In this document: piece by piece, positions 17,064-25,837 of the stretch
How the letters are laid out: the number at the start of each line of letters is the position of its first letter
How positions within the stretch are numbered: the first letter of the stretch is position 1
Assembly (NCBI GenBank): GCA_044238535.1
Contig: JBIIDF010000002.1
Coordinates: 1 to 45,048, forward strand
Length of the DNA stretch: 45,048 nucleotides
Source: Vicinamibacterales bacterium
GTDB lineage: Bacteria; Acidobacteriota; Vicinamibacteria; Vicinamibacterales; UBA2999
Direction: 5' to 3'
Translations under genes and position numbers: made by a program
The notes under the pieces: generated by a model
Seen by the model: the letters and a program-made list of their open reading frames with translations, nothing else
Databases searched by the model: none
Told to the model about the DNA's origin: nothing

Positions 17064-18292
17064 CGTCGACCGTCACGGAAGGTATCGAGCAGTCCCCGCA
17101 GCGGCGCGTAGACGCGCTCCGCCGACAGTTCGGCGGATGCAAATCGACCTGCGGCACCAGCTATCTGGTCGCACCGGTCCGGATCGAGCAGCAGCGTCAC
17201 GCACGCGTCGGCCATGGCTGAGACATCGTCCACCACATACAATCCCTCAGCAGCACCAGGCCTGATCCCCTCGCATCCAATGGCGTAGGTCACAACAGGA
17301 CGGCAATGGGCAAGGGCCTCCACGGTCTTCACCTTCAGTCCGGTTCCGGTCTGTACTGGGTTCACGACCAGTCGCACGCCTCGGTAGAACGCCGAGACGT
17401 CTTCGACCCACCCGATTAGCTCCACGCCGTCGAGCGCCGCAGCTCCGACCTGTTCACTGATGACGGTGCCCAGCCCGCCGGCTATCCGCAACCGCACGCC
17501 CGGGACGCGTGCCTTGATCAGCGGCCAGCTTCGGTCGAGAAATGTGTGGAGGCCGAGCACGTTGGCCTGATTCGACGAACCCATCATCCCAATCACCTGC
17601 CCCGTCTCCGAGGGGCGTCCGGGATCAGGCGGCACGTCGTAATCCAGGCCGACGGTCATCACGCTACGCTCGGGCACCAACTGCGCGAGATAGTCCGCCT
17701 CGGCCTGCTGGATGGCCACGATGTGCCCGCTACTGAGGAGCATCTCCCGCTCCTCGGCCCGTGAGAATGACAGGAGTGGTTCGATCGGGACGCCGGCGGC
17801 GTCTGTCCGCACCATCGAGAACACCTCGACGGTGTCGCAGACGACCTGTTCCCTGCGGCCGACGTGACCAAAGGCCCGGAGGACGAATGCGTAGTACGCG
17901 AGGTATACGTCAATGTCCTCCTGCCTCTCAATCCGGCGTACCGCTCGGGCGACGCTGTCGGGACACACGGCATCCGCAATCGTCTGCATGGGCCCGCGGT
18001 CCGGGCGTGCAGCGCCAGGAGCGACCCATGCGCGGAGGGCACCGATGCCGGTCCGAAGGCGGTCGAGCACACGACCGACCGGATGGATGGGCGTCGAGAG
18101 CGAGGGCAGCTCGAGGCGGTCACAATGGCGTCGTATCACGGCAATGTGGTCGGCCTGCACGTCGGCGGCGGTGATCACGAGGATGATTCGGTAGCCTCGA
18201 CGCCTGAGCCAGAGGAGCAGCCGCTGAAGCCGGACCTCGTTGCCATGGGTACCGGGCCACGGTACGACATGGGACACACACAGAATCGTCAT
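17060..18292 (-). CDS. Glycosyltransferase family 4
   Basis: MTILCVSHVVPWPGTHGNEVRLQRLL has a GT-B N-lobe. The C-lobe carries TGTGLKVKTVEALAHCRPVV. ATG at 18292; GTG at 18307 is an alternative. Confidence 0.75.
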   Translation of the reverse strand: MTILCVSHVVPWPGTHGNEVRLQRLLLWLRRRGYRIILVITAADVQADHIAVIRRHCDRLELPSLSTPIHPVGRVLDRLRTGIGALRAWVAPGAARPDRGPMQTIADAVCPDSVARAVRRIERQEDIDVYLAYYAFVLRAFGHVGRREQVVCDTVEVFSMVRTDAAGVPIEPLLSFSRAEEREMLLSSGHIVAIQQAEADYLAQLVPERSVMTVGLDYDVPPDPGRPSETGQVIGMMGSSNQANVLGLHTFLDRSWPLIKARVPGVRLRIAGGLGTVISEQVGAAALDGVELIGWVEDVSAFYRGVRLVVNPVQTGTGLKVKTVEALAHCRPVVTYAIGCEGIRPGAAEGLYVVDDVSAMADACVTLLLDPDRCDQIAGAAGRFASAELSAERVYAPLRGLLDTFRDGRR

Positions 18293-18313
18293 CGTGGTGT
18301 CGCGCACGCAGTT

Positions 18314-19300
18314 ATGGTCTCATACGCAGTGGATGCGGGAGACGGCATGGAGGCCGCAAGCGTGATGCACGAATCTCGGGTGGAATCGAATGCCATCCAT
18401 CGCCGGACCTTCGGGTCATACTCACACGCCGAATGGCTGCGTGTGCTGGAGCGTTCCCTGCAGAGCCGCGTGGTCGACGGCGTGCCCATGCCGGCGTTTC
18501 CGGCACAAGACTATCAGACAGCCACACACGGCACGAGTGGTCGATTCGCGATCGCGGAAGCGGGACGATTCGTCTCGATCGTGCACCAGTATGCCGAGGC
18601 GGAGGGCCAGGAGATTGGTGCGTCGACTCGCGTGCTCGATTTCGGGTGTGGCTGGGGCCGGATGCTGCGCCTGTTCCTGAATCGCGTCGACTCGCAGCAC
18701 CTTCACGGCGTCGACGTTCGGCCAGAATCGGTGGCGTTGGCCCGCCAGCTCAATCCCTTTTCGCGCTTCGCCACCGTCAATGGGTTGCCGCCGTCGCCAT
18801 TCGACGAAGGGATGTTCAATCTGGTCATCGCCTATTCGGTGTTCTCGCACCTCAGCGAGGAGGCCAGCAGGGCCTGGATCAGAGAGATCGCGAGGGTGCT
18901 CCAACCGGGTGGCCTCGCGATCGTGACGACGCAAGGGCGCGCGTTCCTCGATTTTGTTGAACGCCTGACCACACACTCGGCGCTCTGGCGGTGGCGGTTG
19001 AGGTTGGGCCGGTGGCGAGGTCGGCCCCATAACGAGCAGTGGCTGCGGGGGCTGCGCGAGAGCTTCGGTGATATCGCCATGGCCCGGCGACAGTTTTCGG
19101 CCGGTCAGTTCGTGCACGCCGCCACTGGCGGCGGGGCCGGATTGGAGGCGTCGCTGTACGGGGAATCAATCATTCCGCGGGCCTATGTCGAGCGTGAATG
19201 GACGGAAGTCGAATTGGTAGATTTCATCGATGATCAACGCCGTCTGCCGCAGGCGGTGATCGTGCTGAGAAAACCGTCATCCCGCACACGAGTCCTGTAG
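18314..19300 (+). CDS. Class-I SAM-dependent methyltransferase
   Basis: VLDFGCGWGRMLRLF is SAM motif I. FNLVIAYSVFSHL and VLQPGGLAIVT are motifs II/III. The track ORF from 17864 overlaps the divergent GT4 gene, so I use the first ATG after it (18314). ATGs at 18347 and 18365 are alternatives. Confidence 0.8.
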   Translation: MVSYAVDAGDGMEAASVMHESRVESNAIHRRTFGSYSHAEWLRVLERSLQSRVVDGVPMPAFPAQDYQTATHGTSGRFAIAEAGRFVSIVHQYAEAEGQEIGASTRVLDFGCGWGRMLRLFLNRVDSQHLHGVDVRPESVALARQLNPFSRFATVNGLPPSPFDEGMFNLVIAYSVFSHLSEEASRAWIREIARVLQPGGLAIVTTQGRAFLDFVERLTTHSALWRWRLRLGRWRGRPHNEQWLRGLRESFGDIAMARRQFSAGQFVHAATGGGAGLEASLYGESIIPRAYVEREWTEVELVDFIDDQRRLPQAVIVLRKPSSRTRVL

Positions 19301-19337
19301 GCATCCGCCGTTCCTGAGACCCACGCTCCTCTTCCGC

Positions 19338-20312
19338 ATGTCACACCGAGACCATCGCCTGGTGCACCGCCTGCACAACGCATATCTCCAGCACGGAGCC
19401 CGGGGCGTCGTCGCCGGCGCCCTCCGGCGGGCCGCTGGTCGCCTCGAGAGGCCATCACGGTGGCGGCTGCCGTTCCGGCGGACCACCGGCACGGCGACGC
19501 CGACGCTGATGTCGCCTGCCTACATCCGTTTTCAGCAGATGCCCCACCAGATACTCTCCCGTTACGTCGACATCGCCGGCACGCAGGTGCTGGAAATCGG
19601 CGGGGCACAGGCCTGTATCTCCGCGCGCGCGTTCCTCGACGGTGGCGCGGCCCACGTGACGGTCACCGGACTGGATCACATCTCCGAGGAGGGCACATCG
19701 GCCGACGGCCGACTGACCGTGATGAAGGCCGACGCGCTCGACCTGCGGAGTCGCTTCGAACCCGGGACCTTCGACCTCGTATTCGGGCTCTCGGTCATCG
19801 AGCACATCCCGCAACCGGAGCGATTCCTCGAGGAGGTGCATCGGGTACTCAGGCCGGGCGGCCTCGCCCTGTTCGAGGGATTTCCGCTCTGGTCGTCAGC
19901 GCTCGGCCATCACCTCTGGGTCACCGCCGGCGGTGGTGCCTACGCCGGACGGACAAACAACACTTACCTCTTCACCCAGATGGACGGTGTCGCCTCAACC
20001 AATCCCGTGCCGGACTGGGGGCATCTCCTGCTCGGGCCAACGGAGCTCGCGACCTACCTGTCGGATCGGTCATTGCCAGAGACCGACATCGCCTGCATCA
20101 TCGAGTGGATCTACGCGGCGAACGATATCAATCGTCTGTCGACGACCGAGATCACGCGGGCCTACTCGACCTCTCCGCTGGTCGTACGGGAAGCGGTCAC
20201 GCGGCGTGTGGATGTGCCACCGACAACCCTCGACGCTCTCCGTCAGCGACACGGCGCCGGCGTGGACTTCGGTATCAGCGGACTCCTATATGTGCTGGCC
20301 AGGCCAAACTGA
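19338..20312 (+). CDS. Class-I SAM-dependent methyltransferase (Methyltransf_11-like)
   Basis: Carries VLEIGGAQACISARAF (motif I), FDLVFGLSVIEHIPQPERFLEEVHRVLRPGGLALFEG. Confidence 0.75.
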   Translation: MSHRDHRLVHRLHNAYLQHGARGVVAGALRRAAGRLERPSRWRLPFRRTTGTATPTLMSPAYIRFQQMPHQILSRYVDIAGTQVLEIGGAQACISARAFLDGGAAHVTVTGLDHISEEGTSADGRLTVMKADALDLRSRFEPGTFDLVFGLSVIEHIPQPERFLEEVHRVLRPGGLALFEGFPLWSSALGHHLWVTAGGGAYAGRTNNTYLFTQMDGVASTNPVPDWGHLLLGPTELATYLSDRSLPETDIACIIEWIYAANDINRLSTTEITRAYSTSPLVVREAVTRRVDVPPTTLDALRQRHGAGVDFGISGLLYVLARPN

Positions 20313-20358
20313 ACATACACGTCCCTGAGCTGAGCGCGGACGCACGGAGCGGGGGCCT

Positions 20359-21504
20359 TCATGCAGGGCTGACGGCAGGCGCCCCTGTGCCGCTGCCGGC
20401 AGCGCCCCCGACGGCGTCCACCGCATCGCGAAGCTGCTCGAGCCAGGCGTAGCCGTCGAACTCGTCCGGCTCGAGCACGGCCCCTTCCCCCCACTCGTTC
20501 CACGCATTCACGAACACGAAGGGGCAGCCCTCGGAGACCGCCGCAGCGAGCTGTCGGCGCATGAAGCCGCCGAACGCCTCTGGCGTCGCCCCCGAGACGA
20601 TGCCTGCGCGTCGTCCCCGTCGAGGGGTGTTGTCCCAACCCACAAACGCACCACGAAACTCATTGGGGGCGTAGGGTCGTGTGACGATGTTCTCCCAGGT
20701 CGTCTGATAGGGCCACGTGTATCGGCGAGAGGCGCCACAGCGGTGAAGGATGGTCCGCACAACCCGCTCCGCGAACCATGCCGCCCGCAATCCGACTGGG
20801 GTCCGGCGGGTCATCGCCAGCCACGGCTCGAAGCACACGGACGCTGCATATTCCGGGCCGCCCAACCGGTCGTCGAAACAGGTCAGCGTCTTGATGAAGC
20901 TGAGGCCGGGCAGGCCAGCCTCTCGGGCCCAGCGCTGCCAGGCCGCGAACATCCGGTCAATGGCCGGAAAATCCTGGGGCCGGTAGACCAGGAACATCGG
21001 CTTGCCCTCGTGCGTGAGGTACCGACGATCCCGAAAGAACGGCAGCAGGTAGTCGAAATGCAGTCGCCAGTCCGATTCCGCGCCGTAGTCCTGCTGTATC
21101 AGGACGTGTCTCGTGGACCCGTCCCACGAACGCGTCCACGTTTCGTTGGCCCAGGAGAGGCAGAAGGGGAAGTCGGGGGTGCCGCTGGCCAGAATTGCTT
21201 CCACCGGTTGCTCCAGGAGCGTCTTGCCCTTGAACCAGTAGTGGTAGTAGCAGAAGCCATCGACGCGATAGCGGCGGGCAAGGCTCGCCTGCCACTCGCG
21301 CGTGGTGGCGTCGGTGAGGTCGTAGTAGTGGCCGCCAAGCGGCACCCGGGGCTGGCGGTGCTCCGCGTAGAGTGGCCGTGCACGTCGGACGTTCGTCCAA
21401 TCGGTAAACCCCTCACCCCACCACTGATCGTTCTCGGGAATGCGGTGAAACTGGGGCAGGTGAAACGCGATGATCTTCGGGCAGGCACCAGAGGGCTGTG
21501 GCAT
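20359..21504 (-). CDS. WbsX-like glycosyltransferase / GH99-like domain protein
   Basis: KIIAFHLPQFHRIPENDQWWGEGFTDWTNVRRARP is the characteristic N-terminal block of the Glyco_tran_WbsX family. Confidence 0.75.
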   Translation of the reverse strand: MPQPSGACPKIIAFHLPQFHRIPENDQWWGEGFTDWTNVRRARPLYAEHRQPRVPLGGHYYDLTDATTREWQASLARRYRVDGFCYYHYWFKGKTLLEQPVEAILASGTPDFPFCLSWANETWTRSWDGSTRHVLIQQDYGAESDWRLHFDYLLPFFRDRRYLTHEGKPMFLVYRPQDFPAIDRMFAAWQRWAREAGLPGLSFIKTLTCFDDRLGGPEYAASVCFEPWLAMTRRTPVGLRAAWFAERVVRTILHRCGASRRYTWPYQTTWENIVTRPYAPNEFRGAFVGWDNTPRRGRRAGIVSGATPEAFGGFMRRQLAAAVSEGCPFVFVNAWNEWGEGAVLEPDEFDGYAWLEQLRDAVDAVGGAAGSGTGAPAVSPA

Positions 21505-21557
21505 GGCGGCAGTGTGTGATTGGTCCGGAGCCAGGCGCCGGAGCCCATCGCAGGCAA

Positions 21558-22508
21558 TCAGTCAGGGGGAAGGGGCGGCGGTGCGCCTGTCAGTTCCCGA
21601 TAGAACGCGAGGCACCACACACCGTTCCCGACCAGGCAGGCGGGGGACAGGGCCAGAAACCGTGCAAGGTATCCCCATGCACCGAGCAGGTTCCTGGCGA
21701 TGTGCGGCAGGATCAGGAGCGGCGCCATGAAAATGATCGGCGGGAATCGCAAGACCAGACGCGCGGACGGCGATTGAAGGTGCCGGTGACACTGGGCCGA
21801 CGCCCGGCCCATCCGGCGGTTATAGGAGAGGAACTCACGCCAGCCTTCTCGATTCCAGTGGCTCACGACAATTGTCGGGTCGTAGACCACGTCCAGTCCC
21901 ACTTCACGAATCGCATGGGAAAACAGCACATCTTCGGCGAGGGTGCGGTCAGGAAACCGGATGCGACCGAAGAGCGAGGCTCGACAGGCGAGATTACATC
22001 CCAGTAGAAACTGGTGTGCGCGCGTGAACGAACGCCCGGACGGAAAGTGATAGAGGAACTCCAGGAAGTACACACAACACCCGCTGAGGTTGCTGGGGTT
22101 CCGGATGCCAATGGCTCCACCCGCAGCACCCACCCGCGAATCCTGGACGTACGTCATCAACCTGTCGATCCAATCCCCCGGCACGGTACAGTCCTGGTCG
22201 ACGAAGAACAGGAATGTGCCGCGCGCGGCCCGAGCACCGAGGTTTCGGGCCTCACCCGCGGTTACCTGCGTGGCAGGCGACAGGAGTCTAACGTGGGGAA
22301 ACTGCCGACGAACAACGGCGTCGGTGCCATCGGCCGAGCTTTCAACCACGATGATTTCTGCGCGGCGCCCGTGGATCGCCCGTTCGACGGACTGGATGCA
22401 GTCGGGTATGGTGCGCCTGCCGTGATACGCCGGGATGATGACCGACACCTCCACCGTCGACATGTCAGTGTCGTCCGACGATGTGGGTGCAGGATGTGTC
22501 ATGGCCAT
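21558..22508 (-). CDS. Glycosyltransferase family 2 with C-terminal hydrophobic segments
   Basis: Carries VSVIIPAYHGRRTIPDCIQSVERAI, IIVVESSADGT and FFVDQDC (DxD). The C-terminal part is hydrophobic (IIFMAPLLILPHIARNLLGAWGYLARFLAL). Confidence 0.8.
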   Translation of the reverse strand: MAMTHPAPTSSDDTDMSTVEVSVIIPAYHGRRTIPDCIQSVERAIHGRRAEIIVVESSADGTDAVVRRQFPHVRLLSPATQVTAGEARNLGARAARGTFLFFVDQDCTVPGDWIDRLMTYVQDSRVGAAGGAIGIRNPSNLSGCCVYFLEFLYHFPSGRSFTRAHQFLLGCNLACRASLFGRIRFPDRTLAEDVLFSHAIREVGLDVVYDPTIVVSHWNREGWREFLSYNRRMGRASAQCHRHLQSPSARLVLRFPPIIFMAPLLILPHIARNLLGAWGYLARFLALSPACLVGNGVWCLAFYRELTGAPPPLPPD

Positions 22509-22580
22509 TCGACGTGCCGTTCGCCTCAGGCCACCGCATGCTCCCGCAGACGGGGCACCGCCTCAGCGTCACGCCCTCGC

Positions 22581-22625
22581 GTGTTGACGAAAGATAAGTG
22601 TAGCACTGAGGGGTGGCTGTCACAC
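22581..22625. promoter_or_regulatory. AT-richer patch with promoter-like hexamers in the 283-bp divergent intergenic region (GT2 operon / ABC exporter operon)
   Basis: The + strand has TTGACG at 22584..22589. The - strand reads GTGACA-N15-TACACT (22623..22597). The hexamers are only approximate and the spacing is not ideal. Confidence 0.2.
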
Positions 22626-22791
22626 CCGTCACCCTGCCTTCTCCTGACCACAGACGGCAGCGCCTCCCGCCCCTGGGCCGCCCTTCCCCGAGTGGGGTGG
22701 ACGGCCGGTCCCGCCGGCGCAACGACCCGCGCAGTCGCCGCACCTCACGATTGCGTGTGCAGGCCGTGAATTGATTACCCTAGCCATAGTC

Positions 22792-24537
22792 ATGTCCATC
22801 GTCCGGCGAATCTGGTCGCTTCTGCTGCCCCGGCAACGTGAGAGCGCCGTCCTGCTGTTCGCCGCCGTGCTGGTCGCCACACTGCTTGAGACGGTCAGTA
22901 TCGGTCTCGTCGTTCCTGCGCTCGCATTCCTGACACGGGACATGAGCGCGACCTCTCCACACATGACCAGTTGGCTCACCTGGCTCGGCAATCCCGCACC
23001 CAACCGCCTGACACTCCTGGTGCTGGTCGGCATTCTGATGGTCTATGCCGCAAGAGCCGTGTTCCTCCTGTGTAAGGAGTACTGGCACGCAACATTCACA
23101 TCGGCCATTCAGGCGAGTACGAGCCGTCGGCTGTTTGCCCTCTACCTTGCGCAGCCCTGGACGTTCCACTTGCAGCGGCACTCGGCCACCCTGATGCGAA
23201 CCATCAACGAGTCTCAGGAGTTCGCCAGCCTCTGCGGGATCCTGTTCTCAGCGACCTCCGAAAGCCTCGTGCTGGTCACGCTTCTTGGTCTGCTGCTGTG
23301 GTACGAGCCGATGGGCACCATCGTCATTGCCGGCATGCTCGGCGTTGCGGCCTGGTTGTTTCAGGCGATCGCACGACCGTACTCGCTGCGCTGGAACAAT
23401 GCCCGACGGCATCACTCGAGGATGGTGATTCAGCACGTGCAGCAGGGGATCGGTGGTGCCAAGGATGTCATCATCCGCGGCTGCGAGCGTGAGTTTCTCG
23501 AGCGGTTCCGCCATCACACGGACGCGAGAGCCCGAATTGCGGCGTTGCAGTCGCTGATGTCGCGGGTTCCCCGTCTGTGGTTCGAGCTGCTCGCTGTCGC
23601 CGCACTGTTGCTGCTGACCTCCGTCCTGGTGTGGCAGGACGCCTCCTCCGAGCGTGTGCTGCCGATGCTGGGGCTGTTCGCCATGGTGGCGTTCCGTATG
23701 CTGCCGTCAGTGAACAACCTGACGAACTGGGCGATCCGGCTGCGAAGTGCGGAGAGCATGCTCGACCATCTGGCGAATGAACTGACGCTGGGTCACGACA
23801 GCTTGGGCGCACGGCACGGCCATCCGGTGATCTTCCGCGATGACCTTCTCATCGACGGTGTCTCCTACCGGTATCCGGGAGCCACTGAAGACGTACTGCA
23901 CGACGTACGCCTCCGCATTCCGCATGGCACGATGGCAGGCTTCGTGGGAAGCAGCGGTGCCGGCAAAAGCACGCTCATCGACGTGATCCTCGGCCTGCTC
24001 ACGCCGACGGCGGGCCGTGTGCTGGTCGACGGCCTGGACATTCAGGAGAATCTCCGCGGATGGCAGGACCGCATCGGATACGTCTCTCAGGCCATTTACC
24101 TGTGCGACGACTCCATTCGCAGGAACGTCGCATTCGGCGTGGCCGATGCCGACATCGACGATGGGGCCGTCCGGCGGGCACTGCAGGCGGCGCAACTCGA
24201 CCAGTTTGTCGACGGCCTTGCGGAGGGCATCGAGACGAATGTCGGCGAGAGGGGTGTCAGGCTGTCCGGTGGGCAACGGCAGCGGATCGGCATCGCCCGC
24301 GCGCTGTACCACGGTCCAGCGGTGCTCGTCCTTGACGAGGCGACCAGCGCGCTTGACACCGAAACTGAGGAAAGTGTCATGGCGGCCGTGAACGCCCTTC
24401 ACGGGACGAAGACCGTGATCATCGTCGCTCACCGTCTCACCACCGTGGCCAACTGCGATCGCCTCTATCGACTCGATCACGGGCGGATTGTGCAATCGGG
24501 TAACTACACCAATGTCGTCCCTTCGTCGGTGCGGTGA
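22792..24537 (+). CDS. Fused TMD-NBD ABC exporter (MsbA/PglK-type half transporter)
   Basis: The N-terminal six-helix-type hydrophobic domain is followed by Walker A GSSGAGKSTL, the signature LSGGQRQRIGIARAL, Walker B VLVLDEATSALD and an H-loop VAHRL. ATG at 22792; the track start at 22771 is a TTG. Confidence 0.85.
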   Translation: MSIVRRIWSLLLPRQRESAVLLFAAVLVATLLETVSIGLVVPALAFLTRDMSATSPHMTSWLTWLGNPAPNRLTLLVLVGILMVYAARAVFLLCKEYWHATFTSAIQASTSRRLFALYLAQPWTFHLQRHSATLMRTINESQEFASLCGILFSATSESLVLVTLLGLLLWYEPMGTIVIAGMLGVAAWLFQAIARPYSLRWNNARRHHSRMVIQHVQQGIGGAKDVIIRGCEREFLERFRHHTDARARIAALQSLMSRVPRLWFELLAVAALLLLTSVLVWQDASSERVLPMLGLFAMVAFRMLPSVNNLTNWAIRLRSAESMLDHLANELTLGHDSLGARHGHPVIFRDDLLIDGVSYRYPGATEDVLHDVRLRIPHGTMAGFVGSSGAGKSTLIDVILGLLTPTAGRVLVDGLDIQENLRGWQDRIGYVSQAIYLCDDSIRRNVAFGVADADIDDGAVRRALQAAQLDQFVDGLAEGIETNVGERGVRLSGGQRQRIGIARALYHGPAVLVLDEATSALDTETEESVMAAVNALHGTKTVIIVAHRLTTVANCDRLYRLDHGRIVQSGNYTNVVPSSVR

Positions 24538-24698
24538 CCGCGGCACGCGCGTCCAGAGCGGCCTGGTCGACCGCCACGGTCACGCGCCTCGGGCCGGGTG
24601 ACTCCTGAATCCGCCAGGGCGCGCACAGACCCCAAGCGCCCCCGCCGTGCTGTGCGTTATACTCACGAGTCTTCTCCGGAACAACGACGCGACTCTAC

Positions 24699-25820
24699 AT
24701 GAACGAAGCCGTGGTGCAGGGGCCCGATCCGGAACGTCGCAGTGCCACGCCACGAATGGAACAGGGCGCGGCACGTGAGAATCCACTGCCTGAACCCTAC
24801 ACCCTCGACCTCACGGTCATCATGCCCACCGTGGACTTCGGAGACGATTTCACTCGGTCGGCACGCCGCGTGATCCAGTCGATCGCACGGTTTCCTGGCA
24901 CCGCGGAATTCATTGTCGTGCTCGATGGACCGGCGGTCATGCCTCCCACGTGGCTTGACTGTTCCAGTGTGACGACCCTGGCAACCGGAGCCCGGCGTGG
25001 CCCTGCCTACGCCCGCAATGATGCGGCGAAGACCGCGCGGGGCCGCGTCCTCGTCTTCGTCGATGCGGATGTGGAGTTGGCGCCCGACGTGCTTGAACGT
25101 GTCGTCGTGGCGTTTGGCGACGAGCCCGAGCTCGTGGGAGTGTTTGGCAGCTACGACGATGAACCGGCGGTGCCTGGCCTGGTCAGTCAGTTCCGCAACC
25201 TGCTGCACCATCACACGCACGTGTCCCATCGGGGGCGTGCGACGACGTTCTGGACGGGCTGTGGCGCCATGCGGACAGCACACTTCCTTGCCGCCGGTGG
25301 ATTCGACCCTTCATATTCCTGCCCGAGCGTCGAGGACATCGACCTCGGGACGCGGGTGACCGCAGCGGGTGGCCGAATCGTGATTGATCCCTCGCTGCAG
25401 TGCAAGCATCTCAAGCGATGGACACTGGGGTCGATGATTCACACCGACGTGTTTGGTCGCGCAGTCCCGTGGACCAGAATGCTCCTGAGCCGTCGGCAGT
25501 GGCCCGCAACGCTCGCCATCGACTGGAGGAGCCGGGTGAGCGGTCTGCTCGCCATGATGCTCGTCACCGCATTGATTGCGGCGCCATTCGCATCCCAATT
25601 TTTCGCCGCTGCCACGGGAGCCGGTCTCGCGCTGGTCATCTGCCAGCACAGCTTCTATCGGCTCTGCCTCAGGAAGCGTGGACTGCTGTTCGCCCTGGGG
25701 GCTGTTCCCCTGCACGTGATGTTCTTCGTCTATTCGTCGATCACCTTCGCAGTCGTGGTAGTCGCCGACGCCAGCGGCTCACCGGGGCGGCAGACGGAGA
25801 CCCTCAAGGAATCAGCGTGA
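24699..25820 (+). CDS. Membrane-anchored glycosyltransferase family 2 (polyprenyl-phosphate-sugar-synthase-like architecture)
   Basis: Carries LTVIMPTVDF..., FIVVLDG, VFVDADV (DxD) and PSVEDIDLG. Three to four C-terminal hydrophobic helices follow (LLAMMLVTALIAAPF..., LFALGAVPLHVMFFVYSSITFAVVVV). Confidence 0.75.
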   Translation: MNEAVVQGPDPERRSATPRMEQGAARENPLPEPYTLDLTVIMPTVDFGDDFTRSARRVIQSIARFPGTAEFIVVLDGPAVMPPTWLDCSSVTTLATGARRGPAYARNDAAKTARGRVLVFVDADVELAPDVLERVVVAFGDEPELVGVFGSYDDEPAVPGLVSQFRNLLHHHTHVSHRGRATTFWTGCGAMRTAHFLAAGGFDPSYSCPSVEDIDLGTRVTAAGGRIVIDPSLQCKHLKRWTLGSMIHTDVFGRAVPWTRMLLSRRQWPATLAIDWRSRVSGLLAMMLVTALIAAPFASQFFAAATGAGLALVICQHSFYRLCLRKRGLLFALGAVPLHVMFFVYSSITFAVVVVADASGSPGRQTETLKESA

Positions 25821-25837
25821 TACCCGGACGGCGGCGG

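Noticed and set aside
17864-18313. Long 5' extensions of true genes in the ORF track (17864..18313, 25400..25816, 33746..34309, 41892..42569, 7639..7776, 29199..29486, 38504..38722)
   Set aside because: Each extension runs through a neighbouring, better-supported gene or through the intergenic region, and it adds Arg/Pro-rich sequence. In every case an internal start gives a signal peptide or the canonical N-terminus of the family.
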